DNA from: Acidobacteriota bacterium
GTDB taxonomy: Bacteria > Acidobacteriota > Aminicenantia > UBA2199
DNA length: 59,659 bases
Direction of reading: 5' to 3'
NCBI GenBank assembly: GCA_018897435.1
Contig: JAHIKI010000047.1
Location: forward strand, 1-59,659
Shown: positions 38,621-49,297 of the stretch, in pieces
Numbering within the stretch: position 1 is the stretch's first letter
How the letters are laid out: the number at the start of each line of letters is the position of its first letter
Made by a program: the position numbers and the translations under genes
The notes under the pieces: generated by a model
What the model was told of the DNA's origin: nothing
Database searches by the model: none
The model's input: only the letters and a program-made list of their open reading frames with translations

Positions 38621-39775
38621 ATGAAAAAAACAGCAATCTTGTTGATCGTTTTGGTATTGGCGGCGTTTGTTCCAGCCAAGGCTGATATCGCCCTGGATAT
38701 CAAGCTAAACTTTTTCGGCCCGGCGGCGGGCAAGAGCGGGGGAGCCAGCGTGGCCACCTCGTTCTACTTCAAGTCGATGGTGCAGCGCAACCTGCAGGTC
38801 ACATTCGCCCCCGAAGCGCTTCTGGCCGAGCTGCAGAAGACCTTTAATGCCCCCGGGCTCACCTTGCTGTCCAGCGGCGACCTGACCTGGCGCTCGGGCG
38901 GCCCGTCCTCGGTCATGCAGGTCGTGCAGATCGATGGCCGGAACTATGTTTTGGTCCTGACGCCGCTGCCCAGGCCGGGAGCGGTCAACTTCAAGGTGGG
39001 AGTGGTCGAGGAGAGCGACAAGGAAAGCATCAAGAGCGTCTTGCTAGACACCGAGATCGTGCTGCCCGACGGCGAAGTTGGCATGCTTGGCTTCCGCGAC
39101 ACGCAGGAAAACAGTTATTTCATCGCCTTTTATATACAGAGGCGGAACGAGGAATTCGGTAAGGATGCCGTGCGGCTCGCCAGCGTTGCCAGGCCGAAGA
39201 AGATCAAGCGCGTTAACCCGGTATATCCCGAAGAGGCTCTGAAGAAGAGGATCGAGGGCCACGTGATCCTGGAAGCCGTGATCGACAAAAACGGCAGGGT
39301 GAGGGACACGCGCATGATTGCTACGCCCGATCCTCTGCTGACCACGGCCGCCGAGGAAGCCGTGAAACAATGGGTTTATGAGCCCTATCTTGTCGACGGC
39401 ATCGCCAAAGAGGTCCTGTTCACGGTCACGGTGACTTTCGCCCTGGACCCGGATGCGGCCGCAAAAAAGAACGTAGGCAACGCCGCGACCCGTCTCGAGG
39501 ATTCGAAGCGGCCGCGCAAGATCAAAGACGTCAAACCGGTTTATCCAGCTGAGGCTATGGAAAAAAAGATTGAGGGGATTGTGGTGATGGAAACCATGGC
39601 GGATGAGCAAGGCAAAGTGCGATCGATTCGCATAGTCAGTTCACCCTCCCAGCTCCTGAACGTTGCTGCCCTATCCGCCGTGAAGCAATGGGAGTATGAA
39701 CCCTATATTGTGGATGGCAAGGCCAAGCCGATTGTGTTTACGGTTACTGTCACTTTCTCCCTCTACAAAGACTGA
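38621..39775 (+). CDS. Exported protein with two tandem TonB C-terminal domains
   Basis: Signal peptide; two repeats PVYP(E/A)EA..KRIEG.V..E....G.V...A..AVKQW.YEPY.VDG.....FTVTVTF. Confidence 0.85.
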   Translation: MKKTAILLIVLVLAAFVPAKADIALDIKLNFFGPAAGKSGGASVATSFYFKSMVQRNLQVTFAPEALLAELQKTFNAPGLTLLSSGDLTWRSGGPSSVMQVVQIDGRNYVLVLTPLPRPGAVNFKVGVVEESDKESIKSVLLDTEIVLPDGEVGMLGFRDTQENSYFIAFYIQRRNEEFGKDAVRLASVARPKKIKRVNPVYPEEALKKRIEGHVILEAVIDKNGRVRDTRMIATPDPLLTTAAEEAVKQWVYEPYLVDGIAKEVLFTVTVTFALDPDAAAKKNVGNAATRLEDSKRPRKIKDVKPVYPAEAMEKKIEGIVVMETMADEQGKVRSIRIVSSPSQLLNVAALSAVKQWEYEPYIVDGKAKPIVFTVTVTFSLYKD

Positions 39776-39787
39776 CAGCACGCATAA

Positions 39788-39821
39788 AAGACCGTCCCCG
39801 TAGCGTTATGGGGACGGTCTT
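39788..39821. repeat. Palindrome between convergent genes (terminator or REP-like element)
   Basis: AAGACCGTCCCC-GTAGCGTTAT-GGGGACGGTCTT, perfect 12-bp arms; one arm recurs at 27545-27555. Confidence 0.7.
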
Positions 39822-39892
39822 GGCAATTTTGTCTGTATTTCACTTTTAAAAATTTATCCTTGAGTGGATTCCCGAGGGTACGATTTTGGCCG

Positions 39893-40960
39893 CTATTTCA
39901 GGAATTTAACCTGGAAGATGAAATTCTGCAGGGAGATGCGCGCCGACTCCTCGCCGCTGGTCTTGGATTCGAAATCCAGGCGGTAGATCAATTTGAGCAC
40001 TTCCTGGATCTTGAAATCGGGAAAATTCCTGACCAGGGCTATGAATTTGTTCAGGATGAACTGGGGCTGCTGCAACACGGTGCCGATATCGGCACTGGAA
40101 AAATGGTGTTTCATCAGGAATTTGGCCGTGTAGATCTTGTGATAATATGAGATCAGAGTGCCGATGATGAAGCTCGGCTTGATGCCGTTGATGAACAGGT
40201 ACTTCAATATATCCAGGTAAACGGCGGCGTCTTCCTTTTCGATGGCTTCGGTCAGGTCCCAGATGGAATGGGAATTGATGCCGGTGATCAGCTCGTCCAC
40301 ATCCTCGCTGTCGATGTTCATGCTCGGGGCTGCGGCCGCTTCCAGTTTGGGCAGTTGGTGAATAATGGAAACGAAATCATCGGCCATGATCTCCTGGATC
40401 CTTTCGATGGCCCCGACCGTAATGGTGATCTTCCTTTCCTTCATGTACTGCTTGATAAAGTTCTTGATTTCAGCTGCGCCGCTGCGGTCCAGATCGATGC
40501 AGACCGTGTGCGGCGAATCGAAATGTTCCTTCAATTTCTTGATCTTGTCTTTTTTCAACTGCTTGTAGTCGTCACGGCTCAGGTCCAGGGAGATGAACAC
40601 GATCAGGGTCGTGTGCGGATTGGGTTTTTGCAGGTAAGCGCCCACGGCTTTTTTGGCGGCCGCGTTCAAGGCGATTTTTTTTTCGTCGCGGATGGCCACG
40701 GTGAGGATCTTCTGGGCGCTGATAAAAAAGTTGGAACTATTGGCTTCGCTTATTATTTCTTCCCAGCTGTTCTCTTCTTCATTGTCGAAATAGTAGCGCC
40801 TGAAATTGAATTCGGTCCTGTTCTGGCCGAACACACGGCTGATCTCGCCGATGACGTATTCGCCCAAAAATTCATTGAAGCCATAGAGCAGGAGCAGGGG
40901 CGGGAATTTTTTTTCGATCTGTATTCGGTTAATGAAACCGAAGAAAGTGGTTTCGGACAT
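39893..40960 (-). CDS. holA: DNA polymerase III delta subunit
   Basis: PLLLLYG.NEFL; FNFRRYY; SIWDLTEAI; LDFESKT; conserved leuS-lptE-holA order. Confidence 0.8.
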   Translation of the reverse strand: MSETTFFGFINRIQIEKKFPPLLLLYGFNEFLGEYVIGEISRVFGQNRTEFNFRRYYFDNEEENSWEEIISEANSSNFFISAQKILTVAIRDEKKIALNAAAKKAVGAYLQKPNPHTTLIVFISLDLSRDDYKQLKKDKIKKLKEHFDSPHTVCIDLDRSGAAEIKNFIKQYMKERKITITVGAIERIQEIMADDFVSIIHQLPKLEAAAAPSMNIDSEDVDELITGINSHSIWDLTEAIEKEDAAVYLDILKYLFINGIKPSFIIGTLISYYHKIYTAKFLMKHHFSSADIGTVLQQPQFILNKFIALVRNFPDFKIQEVLKLIYRLDFESKTSGEESARISLQNFIFQVKFLK

Positions 40961-41469
40961 CAGAAGTTTTCCAGGATGGATGCGACGATGCTGGAGGCGA
41001 ATTTGGCCGCGATCTTTACCAGTGATCCCGTTTCCTGGGAAAAGAAATCGGCGGAATCGGTTTCATAGATTTCCCGGAAAGTCATGCCGCTGCCCTGGTA
41101 ATACAATTCGCTTGTTTTCATGTCGATCAGACGCACATCGAGGGTAAGGCGCACTTCATAGAGATTGGCCGCTCCCGCTTCGGAATAGGAGATCGGGGTG
41201 GTTTCGAAAGCGGTGATCTTGCCTTCGAGAACCAGGTCGGCCGTGATGTCGGAATCGGCCAGGCGCAGGCGGCTTCTCTTGATGAATTCGTCCCTGACCG
41301 CGAAGGTGATGAATTGCTCGACTGCTTGGCGCGAGGTCTGGTTTTTGAAATCCGGTATGGCGATGGTTTGGGCCGCCGGCGGCAGGTTCCGTCCCCGCCC
41401 CGACAGGCGGTAGCCGCACTGCAGGTTCAGAACTGAAACAGCGAGCAGCAGCCATGCCGCGTTTTTCAT
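40960..41469 (-). CDS. lptE: LPS assembly lipoprotein LptE
   Basis: Start placed at ATG 41469 (ATGA overlap with leuS stop); signal peptide then [11 protein letters not shown]; [10 protein letters not shown]. Confidence 0.85.
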   Translation of the reverse strand: MKNAAWLLLAVSVLNLQCGYRLSGRGRNLPPAAQTIAIPDFKNQTSRQAVEQFITFAVRDEFIKRSRLRLADSDITADLVLEGKITAFETTPISYSEAGAANLYEVRLTLDVRLIDMKTSELYYQGSGMTFREIYETDSADFFSQETGSLVKIAAKFASSIVASILENF

Positions 41470-43931
41470 TTGCTGACGATGCTGAGCATCTTGTTTTTGA
41501 TAAAAATCATTTTCACGATCTGGCGTCCGGCGAGCAATTGCTTGATTTTTTCGCATTTCATGGCCTCCCTCTTCACCTCTTCCTCGTCGCAATCGATGGC
41601 GACGCTGATCTTGTCCTTGATCTTGCCGTTTACCTGGATCATGACATTGACCGTTTCCTCAAAAATCTGGTCGGGATCGAAGTCGGGCCAGGGCATCTCT
41701 TCCAGGATCTGTTGCTTGCCGAGCTTTTCCCAGAGTTCATTGGCAAAATGCGGCGTGAAAGGCGCCAGCAATTTGAGCATGGTTTCCATGGCCTCCAGGA
41801 TCAGCCCGTCGTTCCCCGAACGCTTCAATTGTTCGGTCCGGGCCGAAAGATCATTGAAGAATTCCATCAGGGCGGCGATGGCCGTATTGAGGTGGAAGCG
41901 CTTCTCGATGTCCTCGCTGACCTTCTTGATGGTGCGGTTCAGCTTGATGCCGATTTCCTTGACCGCCACTACAGGGTCGCCGGGTTTCACTTCCGGGACC
42001 GGTTGCAGGGTCTTGTGGAAAAAATTCCAGATGCGCTGCAGGAAACGGTAGCAGCCCTCGACCCCGGAATCGCTCCATTCCAGACCCTTATCCGGAGGTG
42101 CCGCGAACAGGATGAACAGGCGCACCGTGTCGGCGCCGTATTTTTCGATGAGTGGGTCGGGGTCGACCACGTTGCCCCTGGATTTGGACATGGCCGATCC
42201 GCCCAGAGTGACCATGCCCTGAGTGAGAAGATTGGGAAATGGTTCGGAAAGGTCAGTCCAGCCGAAGTCACGGAACACTTTGCTGATGAAGCGCGAATAG
42301 ATCAGGTGCAGGATGGCGTGCTCCACACCGCCGATGTAGATGTCTACCGGGAGCCATTGCCTGGCCTCATCCCGGTCGAAGGGCAGGGAGGCGGAAGGGC
42401 CGGCATAGCGGAAAAAGTACCAGGATGAATCGAAGAAAGTGTCCATGGTGTCGGTCTCGCGCCGGGCCGGACCCGAGCAGCGCGGGCAAATGGTCTTGGC
42501 GAAGGCGCTGTCTTTTTCAAGCGGCGAACCGTCGGCCGGTGTCAGATCGATGTTCTTGGGCAGTCTGACCGGCAGGTTTTTCAGGGCTTCGGGGACAATG
42601 CCGCAGTCGGGGCAGTAACACACCGGGATTGGCGTGCCCCAATAGCGTTGCCGGGAGATCCCCCAGTCGCGCAGGCGGAAGATGGTTTTCAACTGGCCGA
42701 TCTTTTCCCGGGCCAGGAATTCACCCATGTGCTCGCAGGCCTGGTCGGATGAGAGGCCGGAATATTCCCCGCTGGCGGTCAGGGTTCCTTTTTCGCAAGT
42801 CGCGTCGGTTAGCGGGCCCACTTCGTTTCCCCCCGCTTCGGGGAGGATGACCTGGCGTATGGGCAGGTCGTATTTTCGGGCAAATTCAAAATCCCTTTCA
42901 TCGTGGGCCGGAACCGACATGATGGCGCCGCTGCCGTAGTCCATTAAAACGAAATTAGCGATCCAGATGGGCATTTTCTCGCCACTAAAGGGATTGACGG
43001 CCTGCCTTCCGGTGTACATGCCTTTTTTCTCGGCCGGCTCGCGGCTGAGCTTACTCTCCTGCTCGATTTGATTGATGAAGGCCTCGATCTCCTTTCTTTC
43101 CCGGTTTTCCCTGATCAGGTCGCCGACCAGGGGATGCTTGCCTGAGAGGGCGATAAAGGTGGCTCCGAAGATCGTGTCCAGCCTGGTGGTAAACACTTTC
43201 AGCTCCAGTTCGGAATCGGCCACCGGGAAAATGACTTCCGCCCCCTGGCTTTTGCCGATCCAGTTTTGCTGCATCAGGATAACCTTGGACGGCCATTGGC
43301 TGAGTTCGGCATGGGTGGACAAAAGTTCTTCGGCGTAAGCGGTGATCTTCAAAAACCACTGTTCCAGGTCCTTAGCACTAACGGCTGAATCGCAGCGCCA
43401 GCACTTGCCGTCGACGACCTGCTCATTGGCCAGAACGGTGCGGCATGAGGGGCACCAGTTCACTTCAGATTTTTTTTTGTATGCCAGGCCCTTTTCCAGC
43501 ATTTTGATGAAAATATACTGGTTCCATTTGTAGTATTCGGGGGAGCAAGTGGCCAGTTCGCGCCGCCAGTCGTAGCCGAATCCCATTCTCTGCAGTTGCT
43601 TTTTCATGAAGGCGATATTGCTCAGCGTCCAATCCTCGGGGTGCAATTTGTGTTTGATGGCGGCGTTTTCCGCGGGCAGACCCAGGGCGTCCCAGCCCAT
43701 GGGATGAATGACCTGGTGCCCTTTCATCCTTTTAAAGCGGGAGATGACATCACCAATGGAATAATTACGCACGTGGCCCATGTGGATCTTCCCGGAAGGG
43801 TAGGGGAACATTTCCAGGCAGTAGAATTTTTTTTGCTGGTCATTGAAAACCGCGTTAAATGTCAGCTTGTTCTGCCAGATTTCCTGCCACTTCGCCTCGA
43901 TTTCAGCAAAATTGTAGTTCATTGCACTCAC
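41466..43931 (-). CDS. leuS: Leucine--tRNA ligase
   Basis: [13 protein letters not shown] (HIGH motif); [15 protein letters not shown]; [10 protein letters not shown]; AMSKSRGN (KMSKS motif). Confidence 0.98.
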   Translation of the reverse strand: MSAMNYNFAEIEAKWQEIWQNKLTFNAVFNDQQKKFYCLEMFPYPSGKIHMGHVRNYSIGDVISRFKRMKGHQVIHPMGWDALGLPAENAAIKHKLHPEDWTLSNIAFMKKQLQRMGFGYDWRRELATCSPEYYKWNQYIFIKMLEKGLAYKKKSEVNWCPSCRTVLANEQVVDGKCWRCDSAVSAKDLEQWFLKITAYAEELLSTHAELSQWPSKVILMQQNWIGKSQGAEVIFPVADSELELKVFTTRLDTIFGATFIALSGKHPLVGDLIRENRERKEIEAFINQIEQESKLSREPAEKKGMYTGRQAVNPFSGEKMPIWIANFVLMDYGSGAIMSVPAHDERDFEFARKYDLPIRQVILPEAGGNEVGPLTDATCEKGTLTASGEYSGLSSDQACEHMGEFLAREKIGQLKTIFRLRDWGISRQRYWGTPIPVCYCPDCGIVPEALKNLPVRLPKNIDLTPADGSPLEKDSAFAKTICPRCSGPARRETDTMDTFFDSSWYFFRYAGPSASLPFDRDEARQWLPVDIYIGGVEHAILHLIYSRFISKVFRDFGWTDLSEPFPNLLTQGMVTLGGSAMSKSRGNVVDPDPLIEKYGADTVRLFILFAAPPDKGLEWSDSGVEGCYRFLQRIWNFFHKTLQPVPEVKPGDPVVAVKEIGIKLNRTIKKVSEDIEKRFHLNTAIAALMEFFNDLSARTEQLKRSGNDGLILEAMETMLKLLAPFTPHFANELWEKLGKQQILEEMPWPDFDPDQIFEETVNVMIQVNGKIKDKISVAIDCDEEEVKREAMKCEKIKQLLAGRQIVKMIFIKNKMLSIVSK

Positions 43932-44129
43932 TTGACCCCCAATGGATTTTTAATTATACTTGAAAAAGTCCGCTAGAACAACGGCGGCCGCGTATTTTTT
44001 CAAGGCAGTTCCGGGAAAATCGCGGTTTAAACCAAAAGCGATCCTTTCCGTATAATTGTTTTCAGGAGTTGAGATGAAAAATATGCAGGACGGTTAACAC
44101 TTGAGGGAAGAAAAGTCGAGGAAGGCAAA

Positions 44130-44822
44130 ATGAACGAATTCTACAATGATTTTATCAGCGTTATCGGCAGTCCCGCTCAAACCATCGGTAAAATGATGGA
44201 GAAAAAACGCTGGCAAGCCGTGTTGGCTGTCATTCTGCTGCTGACCGCCATCGCCACATTTATTACCTATCCCATCACCAAGGTCGAACAGGCCAAGTTC
44301 ATCCGTGATTCGGAAATGGCAGACAAATTGAGCGAAGAACAATTGGCCAATTTGGACAAATTCACTCCCAGCCAACGCCTGACCGGCGCCATGTTTTCAC
44401 TTGTTATCGCCGGCTTGATAATCGTGGTGGCCGCTTTTTTCATCTATCTTTTTTTCAAGGTGGCCGGCTGCGAAGGAAATTATGTTCACTATTTTTCCGG
44501 GGTAGTGCACGCGTCCATTTTGGACATGTTCCTGGGCGGGATACTGAAATCGTCGCTGATCTTGATGAAAAAAACCATGCTGGTCCATACCGGGCTGACC
44601 ATGTTTTTCCCGGGGATGGACTTCCGCAGCTTGCCTTTCATTATTCTTTCCCAGTTCGATTTCTTTTCCATCTGGTACCTCGCGGCCCTGGCTTTGGGCA
44701 TCGCTTTTTTTGCCAAGATCAGCCCCCAAAAAAGCATTTCCATCGCAGTGATGTATTTTCTTTTTAAAAGTCTGGTTTTTATCTCATTTTCCTATTTCAG
44801 CATGAAATTGCTGGGCATGTAA
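44130..44822 (+). CDS. Yip1-domain-like membrane protein
   Basis: About 5 TM helices; N-terminal VIGSPAQT...W; DFFSIW..A.LALGI. Confidence 0.65.
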   Translation: MNEFYNDFISVIGSPAQTIGKMMEKKRWQAVLAVILLLTAIATFITYPITKVEQAKFIRDSEMADKLSEEQLANLDKFTPSQRLTGAMFSLVIAGLIIVVAAFFIYLFFKVAGCEGNYVHYFSGVVHASILDMFLGGILKSSLILMKKTMLVHTGLTMFFPGMDFRSLPFIILSQFDFFSIWYLAALALGIAFFAKISPQKSISIAVMYFLFKSLVFISFSYFSMKLLGM

Positions 44823-44972
44823 ACCGGGCTTTCATTTGTTGAAACTTCAGGTCCGCATTTCTGCAATAAACGCCAAAACACTTGACAATTCATTATTTTT
44901 GCTTTATTAATTTCAGTGTAATGGGAAAAATACTCGCATCCAGGCCATTTTACTGAAACAGGGGAGAAAAAA

Positions 44973-46244
44973 ATGAAGAAATTGCTCATTCTTATCATTT
45001 TTGTTTTTTTGGCGGCAGCATTGATCGGCAGCGCTGAAGAGAGCAAAAAAATATTAAATATTCAGAAAGCGTATGTCTTTTTGCCGGAATCCTTGTTGAT
45101 ATCGGAAACGGATTTGAATTGTTCCTATTTCATCAAAGCTGATATGGCGCAGGATATCAGGATCGTTGGCAAACATCTGTCGACTCACGAAAGGAAAGAA
45201 TTTTCCGATCATGACGAGTTGGTGATCAATAAAGGTTCCCGGGCCGGGCTTAAAGAGGGAGACCTGCTCATGATCATAAGCCAAGGCCGGGTCATCCGTC
45301 ACCCCCGCAACCATGACCGTTTGGGCCTGTATTTCTTGAAGAAATCGCTGGCCGAGATTACTTGCATTTATGACGAGCGGGCCGTAATTCAGTTGCAGAA
45401 AGGCTGCAACCCTGTCAATGTCGGTGATTTCGGCATTCTATACAAGCCGGAACAGACGCTGTTTGCCCAAAAAATTGATTACAAGCTTTGCCGCATCCCT
45501 AGCAACGCCGTCAGCGGCCATGTCGTGTTTTTCGATCTGGCCATGGGCATTCCCGGAGAAATTGCCGGCGACTCTCAATATGTGACGGTAGACCTGGGAG
45601 AAGGGGTGGTCGGCAAAGGGACTTTCCTGCTGATTTACCGCCAAGTGGCTTCTGATCTGCCGCCCTTGATCATAGGCCTGGGTATCGTGATTCACAGCGA
45701 GAACACCAATTCTACGGTGAAAATACTCGATGCCAGTTCGGATGTCAAGATCAATGACCGGATGCTGGTCCTGCCCAAAGAGCTAAAAACTGTACCCGGC
45801 AGCGCCGGGGAAAGGGAAAATATCCCGATCGTGGAAATGTTGCAAACCGAGAGCGAGGAACCTGGACTGACTGAAGGGGAGCCGGGAGCCGATGAAATGA
45901 TCGCCAACCTGAAAGTGGACGTCTTATTCGATTTTGACGGTAGGGTGCCCAGTGGTGATCATGCCGCCGATTTTACCGCCATCAAGGATTTTATTGCCGC
46001 CAAAAGTGAATACCTGATCACTCTGCGCGGCTATACCTGCAGCATCGGCCGGGAAGAATACAACCTGCGCCTCTCCTCGGATCGGGTGGAAACAATCAAG
46101 AATATTTTGATCAACCAGTACGGGATCGATGCCGCCCACATCGAGACGTTCTTTTACGGCGAAAAGGAACCCCAATTCGACAACAGCAGTGAAGTGGAGC
46201 GCAAGAAGAACCGGCTGGTGAAGATCGAGGTGAATGGCAAATGA
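44973..46244 (+). CDS. Exported protein with FlgT_C-like beta domains and a C-terminal OmpA peptidoglycan-binding domain
   Basis: Signal peptide; VINKGSRAGLKEGD; OmpA motifs FDFD, GYTCSIG.EEYNLRLSSDR, YGEKEP, KNRLVKIEV. Confidence 0.75.
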   Translation: MKKLLILIIFVFLAAALIGSAEESKKILNIQKAYVFLPESLLISETDLNCSYFIKADMAQDIRIVGKHLSTHERKEFSDHDELVINKGSRAGLKEGDLLMIISQGRVIRHPRNHDRLGLYFLKKSLAEITCIYDERAVIQLQKGCNPVNVGDFGILYKPEQTLFAQKIDYKLCRIPSNAVSGHVVFFDLAMGIPGEIAGDSQYVTVDLGEGVVGKGTFLLIYRQVASDLPPLIIGLGIVIHSENTNSTVKILDASSDVKINDRMLVLPKELKTVPGSAGERENIPIVEMLQTESEEPGLTEGEPGADEMIANLKVDVLFDFDGRVPSGDHAADFTAIKDFIAAKSEYLITLRGYTCSIGREEYNLRLSSDRVETIKNILINQYGIDAAHIETFFYGEKEPQFDNSSEVERKKNRLVKIEVNGK

Positions 46245-46798
46245 AAATCGCCCTTTTTGCTTTGCTGGTTTGTTTCATAGGCGTCGGGTTCGCGCCGCTA
46301 TTCAGCAATGGCATTGACCTGGTCGCAATGAAAAAGCAGGAGGAAGAGAGAAGAAAGAAAAATGCCAAGTCAAAGCTGGTTGTCAATGACAGCAATATCA
46401 ATTCGATTTCTGTTGGCGGCAAAAAATATGGTTTTGTGCAGTTGGAATCCGACGAGCCCCTTGCCGACGAAGCGGTTGCGTCCATGCCCGGGAAAGGTGA
46501 CAAAGGGGATGTATCCAAGCAACCCGATTTTTGGAAAAAACAGCAGAGCGACCTGCAAGAGCGCATCGCCAAATTAAAAGAAGACATTGATCGTGAACAG
46601 CTGGATTTGAACAAGCTATGGTCCGATTTCTATATCAAGAATATCTCGGCCGAACAAGATGCCATCAAGGTCCAGATCTCACAACTGACCAATCAGATCG
46701 AGCAGAAAAAGCTTTTTCTGAGCCAGTCCGAGACACAGCTGGAAGATCTTTACGAAAAAGCCCGCAAAGCCGGAGTCCCTCCCGGCTGGCTCAGATAA
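46241..46798 (+). CDS. Exported coiled-coil hypothetical protein
   Basis: Signal peptide; heptad-rich; C-terminus ARKAGVPPGWLR; ATGA overlap with the previous gene. Confidence 0.7.
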   Translation: MKIALFALLVCFIGVGFAPLFSNGIDLVAMKKQEEERRKKNAKSKLVVNDSNINSISVGGKKYGFVQLESDEPLADEAVASMPGKGDKGDVSKQPDFWKKQQSDLQERIAKLKEDIDREQLDLNKLWSDFYIKNISAEQDAIKVQISQLTNQIEQKKLFLSQSETQLEDLYEKARKAGVPPGWLR

Positions 46799-46897
46799 CC
46801 CAATTTATCCGCCGGCCCGGGTTTCACGGCAGTCCCTTTGCCAAGCGCGCTTGCTGTTTGCAAAATCTCGATGGGGATGATAAGATAAATACCACCC

Positions 46898-47839
46898 ATG
46901 GACTATTTAAAAGTGCAGGAACCGATTCTGCCGTTGCTCAGATCTACTGAAAAGGTCCTGGCCAGGCAACTGCGCAGCAAAGTCAGCTTGATCTCTGAAC
47001 TGCGTCAGCACACGCCGGTCGGCAAGGGAAAAAAGATCCGCGCCGCGTTTTTTTTCCTGTTAGCCGGGATGAACCGTGTCGGCGCTGACGGGCTGCCGCA
47101 GATGGCGGCTGCCATTGAAATGCTTCATTTGTCCAGCCTTGTTCACGATGATATTGTGGATAATTCCGCCTGGCGGCGCGGCGAAAAAACAACCAATCAC
47201 CATTTCGGCAATTATCTTTCTCTGCTCTGGGGCGATTTTTTGTTCATTACCTCGCTGTGCATGCTCTCTGCTCAAAATCGCAGCAGGATCATGGACATGA
47301 TGCTGGACGCTTCCCGGCAGATGATCGAGGGGCAGATCCTGGAATTTGCGAACAACTTCAACTACTGCATCCGCTCCCGGACCTATTACGATATCATTCG
47401 CAAAAAAACATCGTCCATGTTTGCCGGCATTGCCAGTCTGGCAGCCCAATTGAATGAAAAACCAGCGCGGGCCGCCGCCGATTTCTACCGTTTCGGCCAG
47501 GATTTCGGCATGATCTTTCAGATCAGCGACGATCTTCTGGATATCTTTTCCGACAGTGCCGGCAAAAGCCGTTTTCAGGATCTGCAAGAAGGCAAGGTGA
47601 CCTTGCCCTATATCCTGTTGCTGCGCCACGACGCATTGCCGCTCATCAAGAATTTCCACCGCTCCAGACCGCAGTCGCTGCTGGAGCGTTGCCGGACCCT
47701 GGGTATCAAGGAGCAGTCGCTGCAGATCATTGATCGTTATTACAGGAAATGCACCTCTTTTTTGGAATCGTTCCCCCCCTCTGCCCATCGCGAGTCAATG
47801 GCGAACTTGCTGGAGTTCATCCGCTACCGTGATTACTGA
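46898..47839 (+). CDS. Polyprenyl diphosphate synthase
   Basis: GKKIR; LHLSSLVHDDIVD...RRG; KKT; FQISDDLLD; DLQEGKVTLP. Confidence 0.92.
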   Translation: MDYLKVQEPILPLLRSTEKVLARQLRSKVSLISELRQHTPVGKGKKIRAAFFFLLAGMNRVGADGLPQMAAAIEMLHLSSLVHDDIVDNSAWRRGEKTTNHHFGNYLSLLWGDFLFITSLCMLSAQNRSRIMDMMLDASRQMIEGQILEFANNFNYCIRSRTYYDIIRKKTSSMFAGIASLAAQLNEKPARAAADFYRFGQDFGMIFQISDDLLDIFSDSAGKSRFQDLQEGKVTLPYILLLRHDALPLIKNFHRSRPQSLLERCRTLGIKEQSLQIIDRYYRKCTSFLESFPPSAHRESMANLLEFIRYRDY

Positions 47840-48377
47840 AAACCCGGTTGAAATAGAAGTGAAAATTAAGGTCGAGCGCCTGGAACCATGGCGTGAAAAA
47901 CTCCTGCGCCTGCAGGCGGTGCTGGAGTGTCCCCGGGTTTTGGAAAGGAATCTGGTCTTCGACACGGCCCGTCAGCGCTTGAAAAAACGGGGCATTCTCC
48001 TGCGCTTGCGCCGGCTGGACAGCGGAAGCATTTTAACCATGAAAATGCCGGTGCAAAAAAGCTCCCTATATAAGATGCGCGAGGAGATCGAGGCCGGGGT
48101 TTCCGATTTCGCCAATATGAAAAAGATCCTGCTGGGCGTCGGTTTTAAAATTTTTTTTGTTTATGAAAAATACCGGGAAGTGTTCAAAAGAAAAGGCATT
48201 CGTGTCATGCTCGACGAGACGCCGATCGGGAATTTCCTGGAAATCGAGGGCGAACCGGCCGCTATTGACGCCATGGCTGCGGAGTTGGGATTCTCTGCAA
48301 AGGATTATATTACCGATTCCTATCACCGGCTTTTTCTCCTTAGCGGACGTTCCGGCAACATGGAATTTCAAGCGTGA
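47829..48377 (+). CDS. CYTH-domain protein (class IV adenylate cyclase/triphosphatase fold)
   Basis: EIEVK (ExExK); LRLR; REEIE; YEKYRE; DETPIGNFLEIEG. Start set at GTG 47829. Confidence 0.85.
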   Translation: MITENPVEIEVKIKVERLEPWREKLLRLQAVLECPRVLERNLVFDTARQRLKKRGILLRLRRLDSGSILTMKMPVQKSSLYKMREEIEAGVSDFANMKKILLGVGFKIFFVYEKYREVFKRKGIRVMLDETPIGNFLEIEGEPAAIDAMAAELGFSAKDYITDSYHRLFLLSGRSGNMEFQA

Positions 48378-49225
48378 AATTTTTCATCCTGGCCGGCGGT
48401 TACGGCCATAGGGCCGAGCCGCTCTCACTGATCAAACCGAAGCCGGTTTTTCCTCTGAACGGAATGCCGCTGCTCACTTTGCTGCTGCAGCAATTGCGCG
48501 CCCAGGATTGGTCGGAGGGGTTCATCAACCCGCAGCACCTGGGCGAACAGGTGGTCGCGGCGGCAGACGGCTACGGAATTCACTTTATCCGCGAAAAAGA
48601 GTTGAGCGGCAGCCGCGTGTTGAGGCAGGCACTGCCTTTCTTTACAGATTGGCTGCTGGCGGTCAACGGCGACACTTTCTTGGAAATTCCCCTGACCGGG
48701 CTGCTGGAAAAAACCACTGCCACGGACGTGGACGGCGTCCTGCTGGTGCGCCCGGACCATACGAGCAATTATGCCGGACTGTGCGTCGATGTTGACGGTT
48801 TTCTGGAGAGCGACGGTCCGCAGCCCGGATCGGGATTGATGTATGCCGGCGTGGCCCTGTTCAGGAAAAAGGCGGTAGAAAAAATAGACGAAGCCAACTT
48901 TTTCAAAAGTATTCAAAAAAACCGCCTGCGCTTCCAGACCGTTTTGTATGACGGGATCTGGCTGGATGTGGGCACCCCGGAAATGTATTTCCAGGCCAAT
49001 TGGGAATACAAAACATATTGCTCGGATCCGCAGCCCAATGCCTTTTCGGGAAATGTCGAGATTTCGCCAGCTTCCCGGGTGGAAAAATCGGTGCTCTGGG
49101 AAAACAGCCGCATCGGCCCCGGCGTCCATTTGTCGGAGTGCATCGTGACCGGAAACCTGCGGCTGGAAAATACCAGTCACAGCGGACAGATCATTTCCCA
49201 GCAGGGAGTTTTTCCGCTGTTTTGA
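48374..49225 (+). CDS. Sugar-phosphate nucleotidyltransferase (MurU/GMPP-like)
   Basis: ILAGGYGHR..PL...PKP; VNGD; WLDVGTPE; short C-terminal beta-helix. Confidence 0.85.
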   Translation: MKFFILAGGYGHRAEPLSLIKPKPVFPLNGMPLLTLLLQQLRAQDWSEGFINPQHLGEQVVAAADGYGIHFIREKELSGSRVLRQALPFFTDWLLAVNGDTFLEIPLTGLLEKTTATDVDGVLLVRPDHTSNYAGLCVDVDGFLESDGPQPGSGLMYAGVALFRKKAVEKIDEANFFKSIQKNRLRFQTVLYDGIWLDVGTPEMYFQANWEYKTYCSDPQPNAFSGNVEISPASRVEKSVLWENSRIGPGVHLSECIVTGNLRLENTSHSGQIISQQGVFPLF

Positions 49226-49297
49226 ATTCGGCAGGAAAATTTTTCCGGCCTCTTGTTTTTTGCCGGGAAACAGTTTACTATTATAGCGGGAGTCAAC

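Noticed and set aside
41470-41592. N-terminal extension of lptE in the ORF track (similar extensions for pepT, rpmH, the CYTH gene and M16 subunit 2)
   Set aside because: The extensions overlap neighbouring genes or promoters; downstream starts have an SD, translational coupling or the expected N-terminus.
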